Origin: Verrucomicrobiota bacterium
GTDB lineage: Bacteria; Verrucomicrobiota; Verrucomicrobiia; Limisphaerales; UBA9464
Assembly (NCBI GenBank): GCA_039796255.1
Contig: JBDKKE010000073.1
Coordinates: 1-37,488, forward strand
DNA: 37,488 nucleotides
Direction: 5' to 3'
Shown: piece after piece, positions 28,618 through 37,091 of the stretch
How positions within the stretch are numbered: position 1 is the stretch's first letter
Layout of the letters: each line of letters starts with the position of its first letter
Notes under the pieces: generated by a model
Seen by the model: the letters and a program-made list of their open reading frames with translations, nothing else
Told to the model about the DNA's origin: nothing
The model's database searches: none
Translations under genes and position numbers: made by a program

Positions 28618-28869
28618 ATGGTCACCGTCATTCCAGCCTCCGAAGCGAAAGCTAGATTCTCGGAACTCTTGGAGCGTGTGCACGGCGGAGAAAGTTTTTC
28701 GATCACCCTCCACGGCGAGGAACGGGCAAAGCTGGTTCCCGCCAAGGGGTTCAATCTGGAACAGATCCGGGCCACCATCAGCCGGATGAAATCGGAGCGC
28801 AGCGTGCTCAATTCGCCGGGCCAGGCGAAACTCAAGGTGAAGGATCTGGTCCGTGAGGGCCGTCCGTGA
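28618..28869 (+). CDS. Type II antitoxin, Phd/YefM-like
   Basis: MVTVIPASEAKARFSELLERVHGGESFSITLHGEERAKLVP. It overlaps the downstream PIN gene by 4 bp. Confidence 0.75.
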   Translation: MVTVIPASEAKARFSELLERVHGGESFSITLHGEERAKLVPAKGFNLEQIRATISRMKSERSVLNSPGQAKLKVKDLVREGRP

Positions 28870-29294
28870 ATCTCGTTCTGGATTCGTCACTGGCCCTGGC
28901 GTTTGTGCTCGCTGACGAGGCCACAGCGGCCACAGACCAGATCCTGGACAGTCTCGGCCACGGTGCGTTGGCGAGAGTCCCTGCGTTGTGGCGGTGGGAA
29001 GTAGCGAATGTGTTGGTGCTCGCCGAGCGACGGAAGCGAATTACCGCGGCGGAGGCGCACCGGCATATGACTCATTTGAAGTCCCTTCCGATTGAGGTGG
29101 ATGAGACGGCGCTGGATGAGGCTTGGAGCGCCACACACCTGCTGGCTCGGAAGCACAAGCTGACCGTTTATGACGCAGCCTACCTGGAAATGGCCGTCCG
29201 ACTGGGTTTCGCTCTCGGATCCCTCGACGCCGATCTACGCGCGGCGGCCGAGGGAGAGCAGGTGGCAGTACTGCCAGAAAAGATGGGTGGGTAA
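28866..29294 (+). CDS. vapC: PIN-domain toxin (VapC-like)
   Basis: N-terminal LVLDSSLALAFVL (acidic Asp), plus TVYDAAYLEMAV and LGSLDADL. The size of 142 aa fits a PIN toxin. Confidence 0.75.
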   Translation: MNLVLDSSLALAFVLADEATAATDQILDSLGHGALARVPALWRWEVANVLVLAERRKRITAAEAHRHMTHLKSLPIEVDETALDEAWSATHLLARKHKLTVYDAAYLEMAVRLGFALGSLDADLRAAAEGEQVAVLPEKMGG

Positions 29295-29379
29295 TTGAGA
29301 CCCATCATCGTGATCGCAACCTGACACGGACCCTTCACCAGACGTTGGTGAACCTTTGGGGTGCGGCCGGAGACCGCCG

Positions 29380-29799
29380 CTACTCCACCACCGGCAGGCG
29401 CAGTCGACGGGCGGCGGCGTTCATGCGCCTGTCCCTGGTGAACAGGGGACCGGCGCTCACCGAGCAGAAGGTCGCCAGATGAATGGCGTCCAGCGTGCGT
29501 AGAGGCACCTCCGGATGCACCCTCGCCATCAATTCCAGGGCGTCCCGCAGGATCTCGCTGTCGAGCGGAATCAGCTCAATACGCCGCTCCTGCACATGGG
29601 ACTCGAACAAATCCCAGATCAGCCCCCGCTCGGTCGCGCTGATTTCCTTGTCCCGCTCTTTGGCCAGCAATGCGGAGAAAAACTCCAGGCGCAGCAGGTC
29701 CGAAGAAACCTGCCCGCCGCCATCCAGCCTGGCTTCGCACTCCGCCGAATCCGGTTCGGCGACGTAGAGCTTCACCACCACCGAAGTGTCGAGATACAT
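29380..29799 (-). CDS. vapC: PIN-domain toxin (VapC-like)
   Basis: MYLDTSVVVKLYVAEPDS, LRTLDAIHLATF and LFTRDRRMNAAA. Length 139 aa. Confidence 0.75.
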   Translation of the reverse strand: MYLDTSVVVKLYVAEPDSAECEARLDGGGQVSSDLLRLEFFSALLAKERDKEISATERGLIWDLFESHVQERRIELIPLDSEILRDALELMARVHPEVPLRTLDAIHLATFCSVSAGPLFTRDRRMNAAARRLRLPVVE

Positions 29800-29800
29800 C

Positions 29801-30148
29801 TCAGTATCCGCTGTCGCGCTGGGCGCGGATCCGCGGGGTGGAGTCCGAGGTCATTGAGGTCCGGGCGCGAAAATCCTTGAGAGAAACCCACGGCTTGCCG
29901 GTGATGACCGGACGGTACCGCACGAGCATGGCCTTGGGCCGGCCGTCGCTGGTGATGACAATCTGCTCGCCGGCAGCCGCGCGCTCCAGCAGCGCCGAGA
30001 GGCCATCCTTGGCGGCGCGTACCGAGACTTCCGCGAAGGGAGGTGGGTTCGGCGCGACGGAAGCCTCCCGCACCTTCAAAGGGGGCAGTGAGGGCTTCGG
30101 GTATTTGACTGAAGTCGTCTTTGGCCTCATGTGGCCACTCTTGGACAT
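29801..30148 (-). CDS. Type II antitoxin, Phd/YefM-like (start uncertain: 30163, 30148 or 30130)
   Basis: EVSVRAAKDGLSALLERAAAGEQIVITSDGRPKAMLVRY. It ends 1 nt before the PIN gene start. Confidence 0.6.
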   Translation of the reverse strand: MSKSGHMRPKTTSVKYPKPSLPPLKVREASVAPNPPPFAEVSVRAAKDGLSALLERAAAGEQIVITSDGRPKAMLVRYRPVITGKPWVSLKDFRARTSMTSDSTPRIRAQRDSGY

Positions 30149-30364
30149 ATCACCCCAAGGCACCAGTCCATTTTAGTGGGGATGGTCTGTCAGAGCGCAT
30201 CCCGACACGGCCCGCAGAACGCCGAAAGCCGGGGGCCGGAGACGCAAAGTTCCGCAGTCACGCGGTTGGCCTGCGCCCAAGCCTGAACCGCCAAAAGGCG
30301 GAACTAAAAACGGCGGCAGCGTCGAGGAGTTCCCGAACTTCCCCAGTCCGGGGGGGCGGCGATT

Positions 30365-32329
30365 CTACTCCGGCGTGGGCGCCTTCTGCCCAAGACGCAG
30401 GTATTCCCAGATGGCGGCGATGGTGCGCGGGCCGTCGCCCTCCAAGACATCGGGAAGGGGGCTGCGTCCAGTTTCGTCGAAGTACACCGGCATCTTGGAC
30501 TCCGCATCAACGCTGGTCGGGGCGCTGAGCCAGCGGCGGTAATACTCGGGCAGGAGCCGGTCGACGCTGTGGGCGAGATTGATTCCCGGAGCCTCGAAGA
30601 CCTGGGTGGCGGCAAAGTCCCCAACGCCGTGACAGCTGATGCAGCTGAATCCCCCATTCGCCGAAACGAGCTTCTGTCCTGCCTGCGCCAGCATGGCCGC
30701 GTCGGCAGGGACCGGATCGGAGGGAGCCACGGGAGCGTGGCCGGCGAGGGTGGCCAGACCTCGGGACAGCGGGGTCGCGTAGGCAGGGAAGGCCGGCATG
30801 CGGGCGTCGAGCCAGGGACGCGGCTTCCACGCCTCGGTGCCGCCAATGAATCCGGCGGCCCACTCGGGCTTCAGCTTGCCGTAGAGCAGTTCCCAATGGG
30901 GAAAGCCCTCGAACTTGCCGTGACATTCCCGGCAATTGAGGCGCTGGGATTGACGTTCCAAGAAGTCCGCATCGGTGGAACGGCCCAGCGACTGGCGGTC
31001 CGAGGAGGCCACGGCGCGCAGCGCAGCGCGCTCCGTCTCGGTCCAGGCATACCGCGGGGCGCGTGAACCCTCGGCCGGCGCGGGAGCGAGACATCCGGCG
31101 GTCCAGCGGTCCGCTGCCAGTTCGCTGAGAGGTTTGGCCGCCAGGGTGCTCTTGACGCCCTCCAGCGCATGGCAGTTCAGGCAGCCCGAACTGGCCAGCA
31201 GGGTGCGTCCCTTCTCCAGCACCGCCGCCTCGGCAGCCGGCTCCTCCGCTGGGGCGGGATCCGCCACGGAATCCAGATAGGCGGCCAGATGACCCGCCTC
31301 TTCCGGACTCAGCTTGAAGTTGGGCATGCGGATCCAGGCGAAGTGCTGCTCGGGCTTCTGCAGAAAGGCCGCCAGGGCGCCGGCAGTGAACTTGGCCTTC
31401 ACCTGCTTCTGCGAGATCAGCCCGGGACGCACCTCGCCCCCCTCGGCGGGAACGTGGCAGGCCACACAATGCAGTTTCTCAAACAGCGCCTTGCCGGCCT
31501 CCGCATCCCCGGTCGAGGGAGCGGGGGGTGTTTCGCCCTTGAGCGAACCCAGATAGGCGGCGACGGCGCGGGCATTGGCAGCGGCGTCCGGACCGTGGAA
31601 AACCTGCGGCATGGGGGTACCGGGCCGGAGTGCGGACGGATTTTCAATCCAGCGGGCAAGCCAGGCCGTCTGACGCCGGGCGCCAATGCCGTTGAAGGAC
31701 GGGGCGTCCATGGACAGCTCCGGTGCCGCCCCCGGAACCGCGTGACAGCGGACGCACCGCGATTCGTAGACCAGGTCGCGGCCGGCGCGCAGCCGCTCGG
31801 AGGCTGCCAGCGCCACATTGGTCGCGGGACTCAGCGCAGCCAGGGGAATGGGGTTGAGGGGAGTCTCGCTGTTGGTCCAATAGAGGCGTACAAACGCATC
31901 GCCGGATGCCGGAGGCACGTACTCCACCAGAAACGGATTGAGCCCCTTGTTGAGCCGGATGGCCCGTCCGAGGAGCGGCTGGTTGGTTTCGCCCTTCGCT
32001 TCCAACGCCAGGTTGCCGTTGATGGTCAACTTCAAGTCCCCGGAGAACGCCGCGGCAAAGCTGTAGTCGGCCCGGAGATCGGCGTTGATCGATCCCTCCC
32101 ACCGGGCGGTGAACGGTCCGGACGGAACAAACGGCGTCGGGGACTGGCCGGCCGGCACGTGGAGCCAGACGTTGGGGGTGAGGGAGACGTCGGTAATCCC
32201 GCCGCTGGTGACGGAGAACAGGACTCCACCACCCGCATCCCCGGCCCATGCGGCGGGTGCGCCGGCAAGGCTGATCCACAGGATCCACGCAAATCGGGCC
32301 ACGACGGAGGGGAACAGGGGCATGCGCAT
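30365..32329 (-). CDS. Secreted PA14-like domain + pentaheme c-type cytochrome
   Basis: The ATG at 32329 gives MRMPLFPSVVARFAWILWISLAGAPAAWA (signal). The PA14-like segment is FTARWEGSINADLRADYSF..VRLYWTN. Five CxxCH motifs are present: CVRCH, CVACH, CLNCH, CRECH and CISCH. Confidence 0.75.
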   Translation of the reverse strand: MRMPLFPSVVARFAWILWISLAGAPAAWAGDAGGGVLFSVTSGGITDVSLTPNVWLHVPAGQSPTPFVPSGPFTARWEGSINADLRADYSFAAAFSGDLKLTINGNLALEAKGETNQPLLGRAIRLNKGLNPFLVEYVPPASGDAFVRLYWTNSETPLNPIPLAALSPATNVALAASERLRAGRDLVYESRCVRCHAVPGAAPELSMDAPSFNGIGARRQTAWLARWIENPSALRPGTPMPQVFHGPDAAANARAVAAYLGSLKGETPPAPSTGDAEAGKALFEKLHCVACHVPAEGGEVRPGLISQKQVKAKFTAGALAAFLQKPEQHFAWIRMPNFKLSPEEAGHLAAYLDSVADPAPAEEPAAEAAVLEKGRTLLASSGCLNCHALEGVKSTLAAKPLSELAADRWTAGCLAPAPAEGSRAPRYAWTETERAALRAVASSDRQSLGRSTDADFLERQSQRLNCRECHGKFEGFPHWELLYGKLKPEWAAGFIGGTEAWKPRPWLDARMPAFPAYATPLSRGLATLAGHAPVAPSDPVPADAAMLAQAGQKLVSANGGFSCISCHGVGDFAATQVFEAPGINLAHSVDRLLPEYYRRWLSAPTSVDAESKMPVYFDETGRSPLPDVLEGDGPRTIAAIWEYLRLGQKAPTPE

Positions 32330-32480
32330 GTGTTGAAACGGCGACCGGGAGAAGGCCACCGGACGGGCGGACGTTATGAAGGACGCCCGCAAGGTCAAGG
32401 CCGGCAGCACGCGGAGGGGAAGAAGTGCGGCGGCGAAAACACTCGACTCCCCGGCGCGTTGCCAAACTCTGTCCTCCCGG

Positions 32481-33677
32481 ATGCCCCCGCTCTCCGTCGT
32501 CCACGCCTGCACCCATCTTCGCCCGCTGGGCGGGGTGCAGACCCTGTTGCGGCGCCATCTCCGCCGCGATGCCGGGGTCGGTCTGGACACCTCCAGCATG
32601 ATCTGGTTCGAGCGAGAGCCCTTTGAACCGCTGTCCGCAGGACGTCCGGTCACCGGACTCGGCCTCCGCTGGTTTGACTCCGGATGGACGCTGCGCCGGC
32701 GCCTCCGGCGACAGTATCCCGCAACCGGTGGTGAAGGGGCCGTTTGGGCGTATCACGACCTCTGGGGGCTTCCCACGGCCGCCGATCTGGACCGCGCCTC
32801 CCGGCGCGTGGGAGTCATTCACTCGCAGTGGGAGGCCACCGACGCCCTGTTAACCGCCATTCAGGGGCAGGTGGACGGCATGCTGTGCATCAGCGCCGCT
32901 ACGGTGGCCCTGTCTCGCGCCCGGCTGCCGGGCCTGTCGCCGGACCGGATTCTTCTGCTCCCGCTGCCGGTCGATCCCCCGGCCTCCCCGCCTCGGGAAC
33001 AGGACCGGGAAAACGCCGAGTTGGTCATCGGATACTGCGGACGCATCCAGCGGCATCAGAAGCGCGTGGAGCGCCTGCCTTTTATCGCCAGTGCGCTCCG
33101 CACCGCCGGGATGTCGCACCGATGGGAATTGTTGGGCGCCGGGCCGGATCAACCCGCGTTGGAGAACGCCATGGCCTCGGTCGGCGCGAAGGCCCGCTTT
33201 CACGGCGTTCAGACCGGAGATGCCTACTGGAACATCGTTTCGGGTTGGGACGTCATCGTGTTCACCAGTGATTTCGAGGGACTTCCCATCGCGATGCTGG
33301 AGGCAATGATCCGTGGCGTGATTCCGGTCTTTCCGGACGTCGATTGCGGCGGACGCGACTACGCCCGGCGGGTGGCGCCCGAACTGGTCTATCCGGCGGC
33401 GGACCTCCCCGGCGCGGCCCGGGTGCTCACCTGGCTGCAGGGGCTGGGTGCCTCCGGACGCCGGATGTTGCAGGAGCGCGCGCGGGACGCCGCGGCGCCC
33501 CACGGAGGGGACGCCTATGGTCGCACCTTTTCTGAGTTTAGCCGTCATTTGCGGGAACTCCCACGCCTCTCGTCCACCGGTAAAGCGGCCCGCAAGGCGC
33601 ATCCCGGCGAATGGCTGCCCTACGGACTCATCGGCCGCCTGCCCCCGGGACACCCACTGCGGCGCGGTTATCTTTAG
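32481..33677 (+). CDS. Glycosyltransferase family 4-like
   Basis: The ATG at 32481 gives MPPLSVVHAC. The C-terminal GT-B motif is VFTSDFEGLPIAMLEAMIRGVIPV (E-x7-E). Confidence 0.7.
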   Translation: MPPLSVVHACTHLRPLGGVQTLLRRHLRRDAGVGLDTSSMIWFEREPFEPLSAGRPVTGLGLRWFDSGWTLRRRLRRQYPATGGEGAVWAYHDLWGLPTAADLDRASRRVGVIHSQWEATDALLTAIQGQVDGMLCISAATVALSRARLPGLSPDRILLLPLPVDPPASPPREQDRENAELVIGYCGRIQRHQKRVERLPFIASALRTAGMSHRWELLGAGPDQPALENAMASVGAKARFHGVQTGDAYWNIVSGWDVIVFTSDFEGLPIAMLEAMIRGVIPVFPDVDCGGRDYARRVAPELVYPAADLPGAARVLTWLQGLGASGRRMLQERARDAAAPHGGDAYGRTFSEFSRHLRELPRLSSTGKAARKAHPGEWLPYGLIGRLPPGHPLRRGYL

Positions 33678-33681
33678 CCGG

Positions 33682-34833
33682 TTAAGGTTCGACGGACCGC
33701 AGCGCCTCCGCCATGCCGTCCACATATCGGGACAGAGCAAACCGGGCCTCAAATTCAGCCCGCAACCGCAGGCCCTCCCCGCTGGTGGCCAGGAACAACA
33801 GACGTTCTGCGACGATGTCCGGATGGCGCGGCTCCACCAATCCGGGGTAGCCCGCCGGAAGCATTTCCGGAATTCCCCGCCACCGGGTGGTCACCGCGGT
33901 CACCCCATGCGCCATGGCTTCAATCAGGCTGACCGGCTGCCCCTCATTGGCGTAGTAAGTGGGGAACAGGTACAGATCGGCCTCACGCCAGGCGGCGGTC
34001 TTGGCGGCGCCGGCGAGAAAGCCGACATGACGGACCCGCTCGCGCAGCCCGGGGCGGTCGATGCGCTCCCGGAACTCACGTTCCACCTCCAGATCCGGGA
34101 AGGCCCCGGCGACCGTGAGATGAAACTGCACGGCCGGCGAGCGCGTGGCACCCTCGGCATTCGCCAACTCAACGGCTGCCAGAGCATCGAGAATGCCCTT
34201 GTCCCGGGAACACAGCGCCAAATAGAGCACGCGAATCTCCCCGCCCTTCGCCCGGAGACGTTCGAGACGCCGATGTCGCCCGGGAGCCTGTTCCTGCCCG
34301 AAGCGCGGATTGGGATCGTCCAGCGCGTTGTTCACCACGCAGGTATGGCGCGAGCCGAACACCTCGGCATCGCGCCGGTTGGATTCCGCGAGAACGATGG
34401 AAAGCGTCGGACGCCCCATCAGGAACCGGGTCAGCAGACGTTCCCACGGCCGCGCCTGGGTTTGCAGCCATTCCCCGAGTCCGGCGGCCTCCCAGTGAAA
34501 CACAATGCGGGGAAACCAGGGACGCAGCAGGGCAAAGACCATCCAGTCACGTGCCAGCGAGGAGCGTTTGGGAGGGCTGGGAATGTAGTAGAGGGTGCGA
34601 ACTCCGTGTCGCCACCGCAGCCAGAACGCCTGGGCGCAGTAGCGGAGCAGTCGGAACACCTTGCCGCCGCGCGGGGCGCCGACGTCCTGAAGATCTTCGG
34701 ACAGGCGCGCATCCACATGAAACAACTCGATGCCGAGTTCCGGTCGTCCCCGAAGCCCGTCCACCAGGTACTGCACCATCTGGCTCTGGCCATGATGCGG
34801 CGGCGGGACATGGGCAAACACCAGGAGCTTCAT
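33682..34833 (-). CDS. Glycosyltransferase family 4-like
   Basis: MKLLVFAHVPPPHHGQSQMV. Also LYLFPTYYANEGQPVSLIEAMAHGVTAV (E-x7-E). Confidence 0.7.
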   Translation of the reverse strand: MKLLVFAHVPPPHHGQSQMVQYLVDGLRGRPELGIELFHVDARLSEDLQDVGAPRGGKVFRLLRYCAQAFWLRWRHGVRTLYYIPSPPKRSSLARDWMVFALLRPWFPRIVFHWEAAGLGEWLQTQARPWERLLTRFLMGRPTLSIVLAESNRRDAEVFGSRHTCVVNNALDDPNPRFGQEQAPGRHRRLERLRAKGGEIRVLYLALCSRDKGILDALAAVELANAEGATRSPAVQFHLTVAGAFPDLEVEREFRERIDRPGLRERVRHVGFLAGAAKTAAWREADLYLFPTYYANEGQPVSLIEAMAHGVTAVTTRWRGIPEMLPAGYPGLVEPRHPDIVAERLLFLATSGEGLRLRAEFEARFALSRYVDGMAEALRSVEP

Positions 34834-34958
34834 GAAGGGCGCTTCGGACGTGGGGAGTCTGTCGCGACCGGGGCGGAGATGACCACTGCAACTTTCCCGT
34901 GCCTCCGTCTTTCGTCCCTCGACGCTCCACCCATCCGCCGACTAGTCTCCCGACGTTC

Positions 34959-36101
34959 GTGAACCGTCTTTCCTCCAGCGCCCGTCTGCTGCGCGAGTTG
35001 GTTGCCATCCCCAGCGTCAATCCGGCGTTTTTGCCGGAGGGAGATCCGCGCACCGGCGAACACTCCATGGCGGAATACCTCTCCGCCCTGGCCCGAAAGA
35101 ATGGACTCGAAGTGTCGCTCCAGGACGTCGCTCCCAGACGTTCCAACGTCCTGGCCCGCCTGCGTCCCACCGGCGCGACCACCCAGCGCATCCTGCTGGC
35201 CCCGCACCTGGACACCGTGGGACTTCCCGCGCTGGACGCCCAACTCACTCCGCGCGTTCAAGCCGGGCGACTTCACGGACGTGGGGCCTGCGATACCAAG
35301 GGCTGTGTCGCCGCCATGTTCAGCGCCATAAGCGCCGTCGCCCGCAGCGGACGCCGCCCCGCGGGTACAGAGGTGATCTTCGTGGGACTGGTCGATGAGG
35401 AGAACGGCCAACTCGGGTCCCGCCACTATGCGCGTCACGGAGAGGTTGCCGACCTGGCGGTGGTCGGTGAACCCACGCGCTTGGAGGTGGTCTCCGCGCA
35501 CAAGGGCGACGTCTGGCTCGAACTCCGCACCCACGGCCGCAGCGCGCACGGCGCCACGCCGCATTTGGGGCGCAATGCCGTCCACCTGATGGCCCGGGTG
35601 GTGGAGGTTCTGGAGACCACCTATGCGGCCCAACTGAAGAATCGATCCCATCCCCTGCTGGGAAGTCCGACCATCAACGTCGGATCCATCCGGGGCGGCA
35701 CGCAGCCCAACATCGTTCCCGAGGAATGCGCGATCACCATTGATCGCCGCACCCTTCCCGGGGAAAGCGAAGCCTCGGTGCGGCGGGAGATCCAGGCTGT
35801 ACTGAAAGCGGCTGGTGCCACCGCCACCTTCCAGAACCTCCGTCTCGCCGCCTGTCCGCCTCTGGAAACGGATCCCGACCGACCGCTGGTGCAGTCCCTG
35901 TGCCGCGCCGCGCACCGCCGCCGGACGGTGGGCGTCCATTATTTCTGCGACGCCGCTCCACTCTCCGCTGGCGGAACTCCGTCCGTGGTGTTCGGACCAG
36001 GCGACATCCGCCAGGCGCACACCCGCGACGAATGGATCTCCCTCGCCAGCCTGGACCGCGGAACCGCCATCCTCGAGTCCTTCCTTCGCAGCCTCCCCTG
36101 A
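34959..36101 (+). CDS. M20-family metallopeptidase (ArgE/DapE-like deacylase)
   Basis: LLRELVAIPSVNP, LLAPHLDTVG, GRLHGRGACDTKG and VGLVDEENG. The GTG at 34959 (MNRLSSSARLL) is preferred. The ORF-track start is a GTG at 34899. Confidence 0.8.
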   Translation: MNRLSSSARLLRELVAIPSVNPAFLPEGDPRTGEHSMAEYLSALARKNGLEVSLQDVAPRRSNVLARLRPTGATTQRILLAPHLDTVGLPALDAQLTPRVQAGRLHGRGACDTKGCVAAMFSAISAVARSGRRPAGTEVIFVGLVDEENGQLGSRHYARHGEVADLAVVGEPTRLEVVSAHKGDVWLELRTHGRSAHGATPHLGRNAVHLMARVVEVLETTYAAQLKNRSHPLLGSPTINVGSIRGGTQPNIVPEECAITIDRRTLPGESEASVRREIQAVLKAAGATATFQNLRLAACPPLETDPDRPLVQSLCRAAHRRRTVGVHYFCDAAPLSAGGTPSVVFGPGDIRQAHTRDEWISLASLDRGTAILESFLRSLP

Positions 36102-36112
36102 TAACCGCGGAA

Positions 36113-36649
36113 CCACGGATGGAAGACGAAGAGGGTTTAACCACGGATAGCACGAATGAACACGGATGGGAGCGGAAGAAGAGAGGAGAACCGCCGAGTA
36201 GGAATCGAAAAACTCACCGGCTTCGCGCTGTCAGCGAAGTCTTCAGTGCCATCGACAGCGTTTCTTCACCTTGCCGTGTCCTGTCCTGCTGCATCCTCCC
36301 GCTTCCCCGTCTTTTTCAGTTATCCGTGCCCATCCGTGCTATCCGTGGTCAAAACTCCCCTTCCCTTTCCCTTTCCCCAATCCGCACCCCGTTCCCCACG
36401 GATGGAAGACGAAGAGGGTTTGACCACGGATAGCACGGATGAACACGGATAGGAGCGGAAGAAGAGAGGAGAACCGCCGAGTAGGAATCGAAATACTCAC
36501 CGGCTTCGCGCTGTCAGCGAAGTCTTCAGTGCCATCGACAGCGTTTCTTCACCTTGCCGTGTCCTGTCCTGCTGCCCCTTTCCCCGCCTTTTTCAGTTAT
36601 CCGTGCCCATCCGTGCTATCCGTGGTCAAAACTCCCCTTCCCCAATCCG
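36113..36649 (+). repeat. Tandem CACGGAT-palindrome units A (36113-36395, 283 bp) and B (36396-36649, interrupted)
   Basis: Units A and B align almost base for base. Each starts with CCACGGATGGAAGACGAAGAGGGTTTGACCACGGATAGCACGGATGAACACGGAT. Each ends with TTATCCGTGCCCATCCGTGCTATCCGTGGTCAAAACTCCCC..CCAATCCG. Confidence 0.9.
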
Positions 36650-37013
36650 TGGTTTGAAGGACGCGTTTCCAGTGGAGGTGTCGTTCCTTGAAGTTGAGGA
36701 GTAAGGCTACCCGCAGACCGGTGATGGTGAGATAGCCCAGCATCTGGGCGAAGTGCGCGTCGCTGAACCCGGCGACCACCTTGGGATCGGCGATCACTGC
36801 CTCATCCACAATCAGATCGGGAATCAGTTTACCGACCAGGTGACCGCGGTAGTGAACCGGATACTCACGCTGCTGCTCAACCCGATGCCCGCGAATCCGA
36901 AGCTCTATCGCCAGGGCGTTTTCGTAGACCTTCTCGTCCAATCCCGGCTTCAACCCGTTGAGCACCGCCATGGCCGCGCCGATGATTCCCCGTGTGGTGT
37001 CCTGGTGATGCAT
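36597..37013 (-). CDS. GxxExxY protein (PD-(D/E)XK-like, PDDEXK_3 type)
   Basis: HQDTTRGIIGAAMAVLNGLKPGLDEKVYENALAIELRIRGHRVEQQ contains the GxxExxY motif (GLDEKVY). Also seen are IPDLIVDEAVIADPK and ALLLNFKERHLHWKRV. The ATG is at 37013, with an upstream GTG at 37022. The last 18 or so codons and the TAA stop are encoded by the right arm of repeat unit B. Confidence 0.8.
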   Translation of the reverse strand: MHHQDTTRGIIGAAMAVLNGLKPGLDEKVYENALAIELRIRGHRVEQQREYPVHYRGHLVGKLIPDLIVDEAVIADPKVVAGFSDAHFAQMLGYLTITGLRVALLLNFKERHLHWKRVLQTTDWGRGVLTTDSTDGHG

Positions 37014-37091
37014 CCTGGCCACCGCGGATCGGCAGCGACAACCACCCTACCCCGTTCCCCACGGCTGTCTCTCCACAGATTTGGTGACCAA

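Noticed and set aside
36156-36657. ORFs of 72-98 aa inside the tandem palindromic units (36156..36452, 36439..36657, 37127..37417, 35900..36433)
   Set aside because: They are repeated because the DNA is repeated, and they end or start in the palindromic arms (TTDSTDEHG, IRAIRGQ). They lack recognisable motifs or plausible starts.
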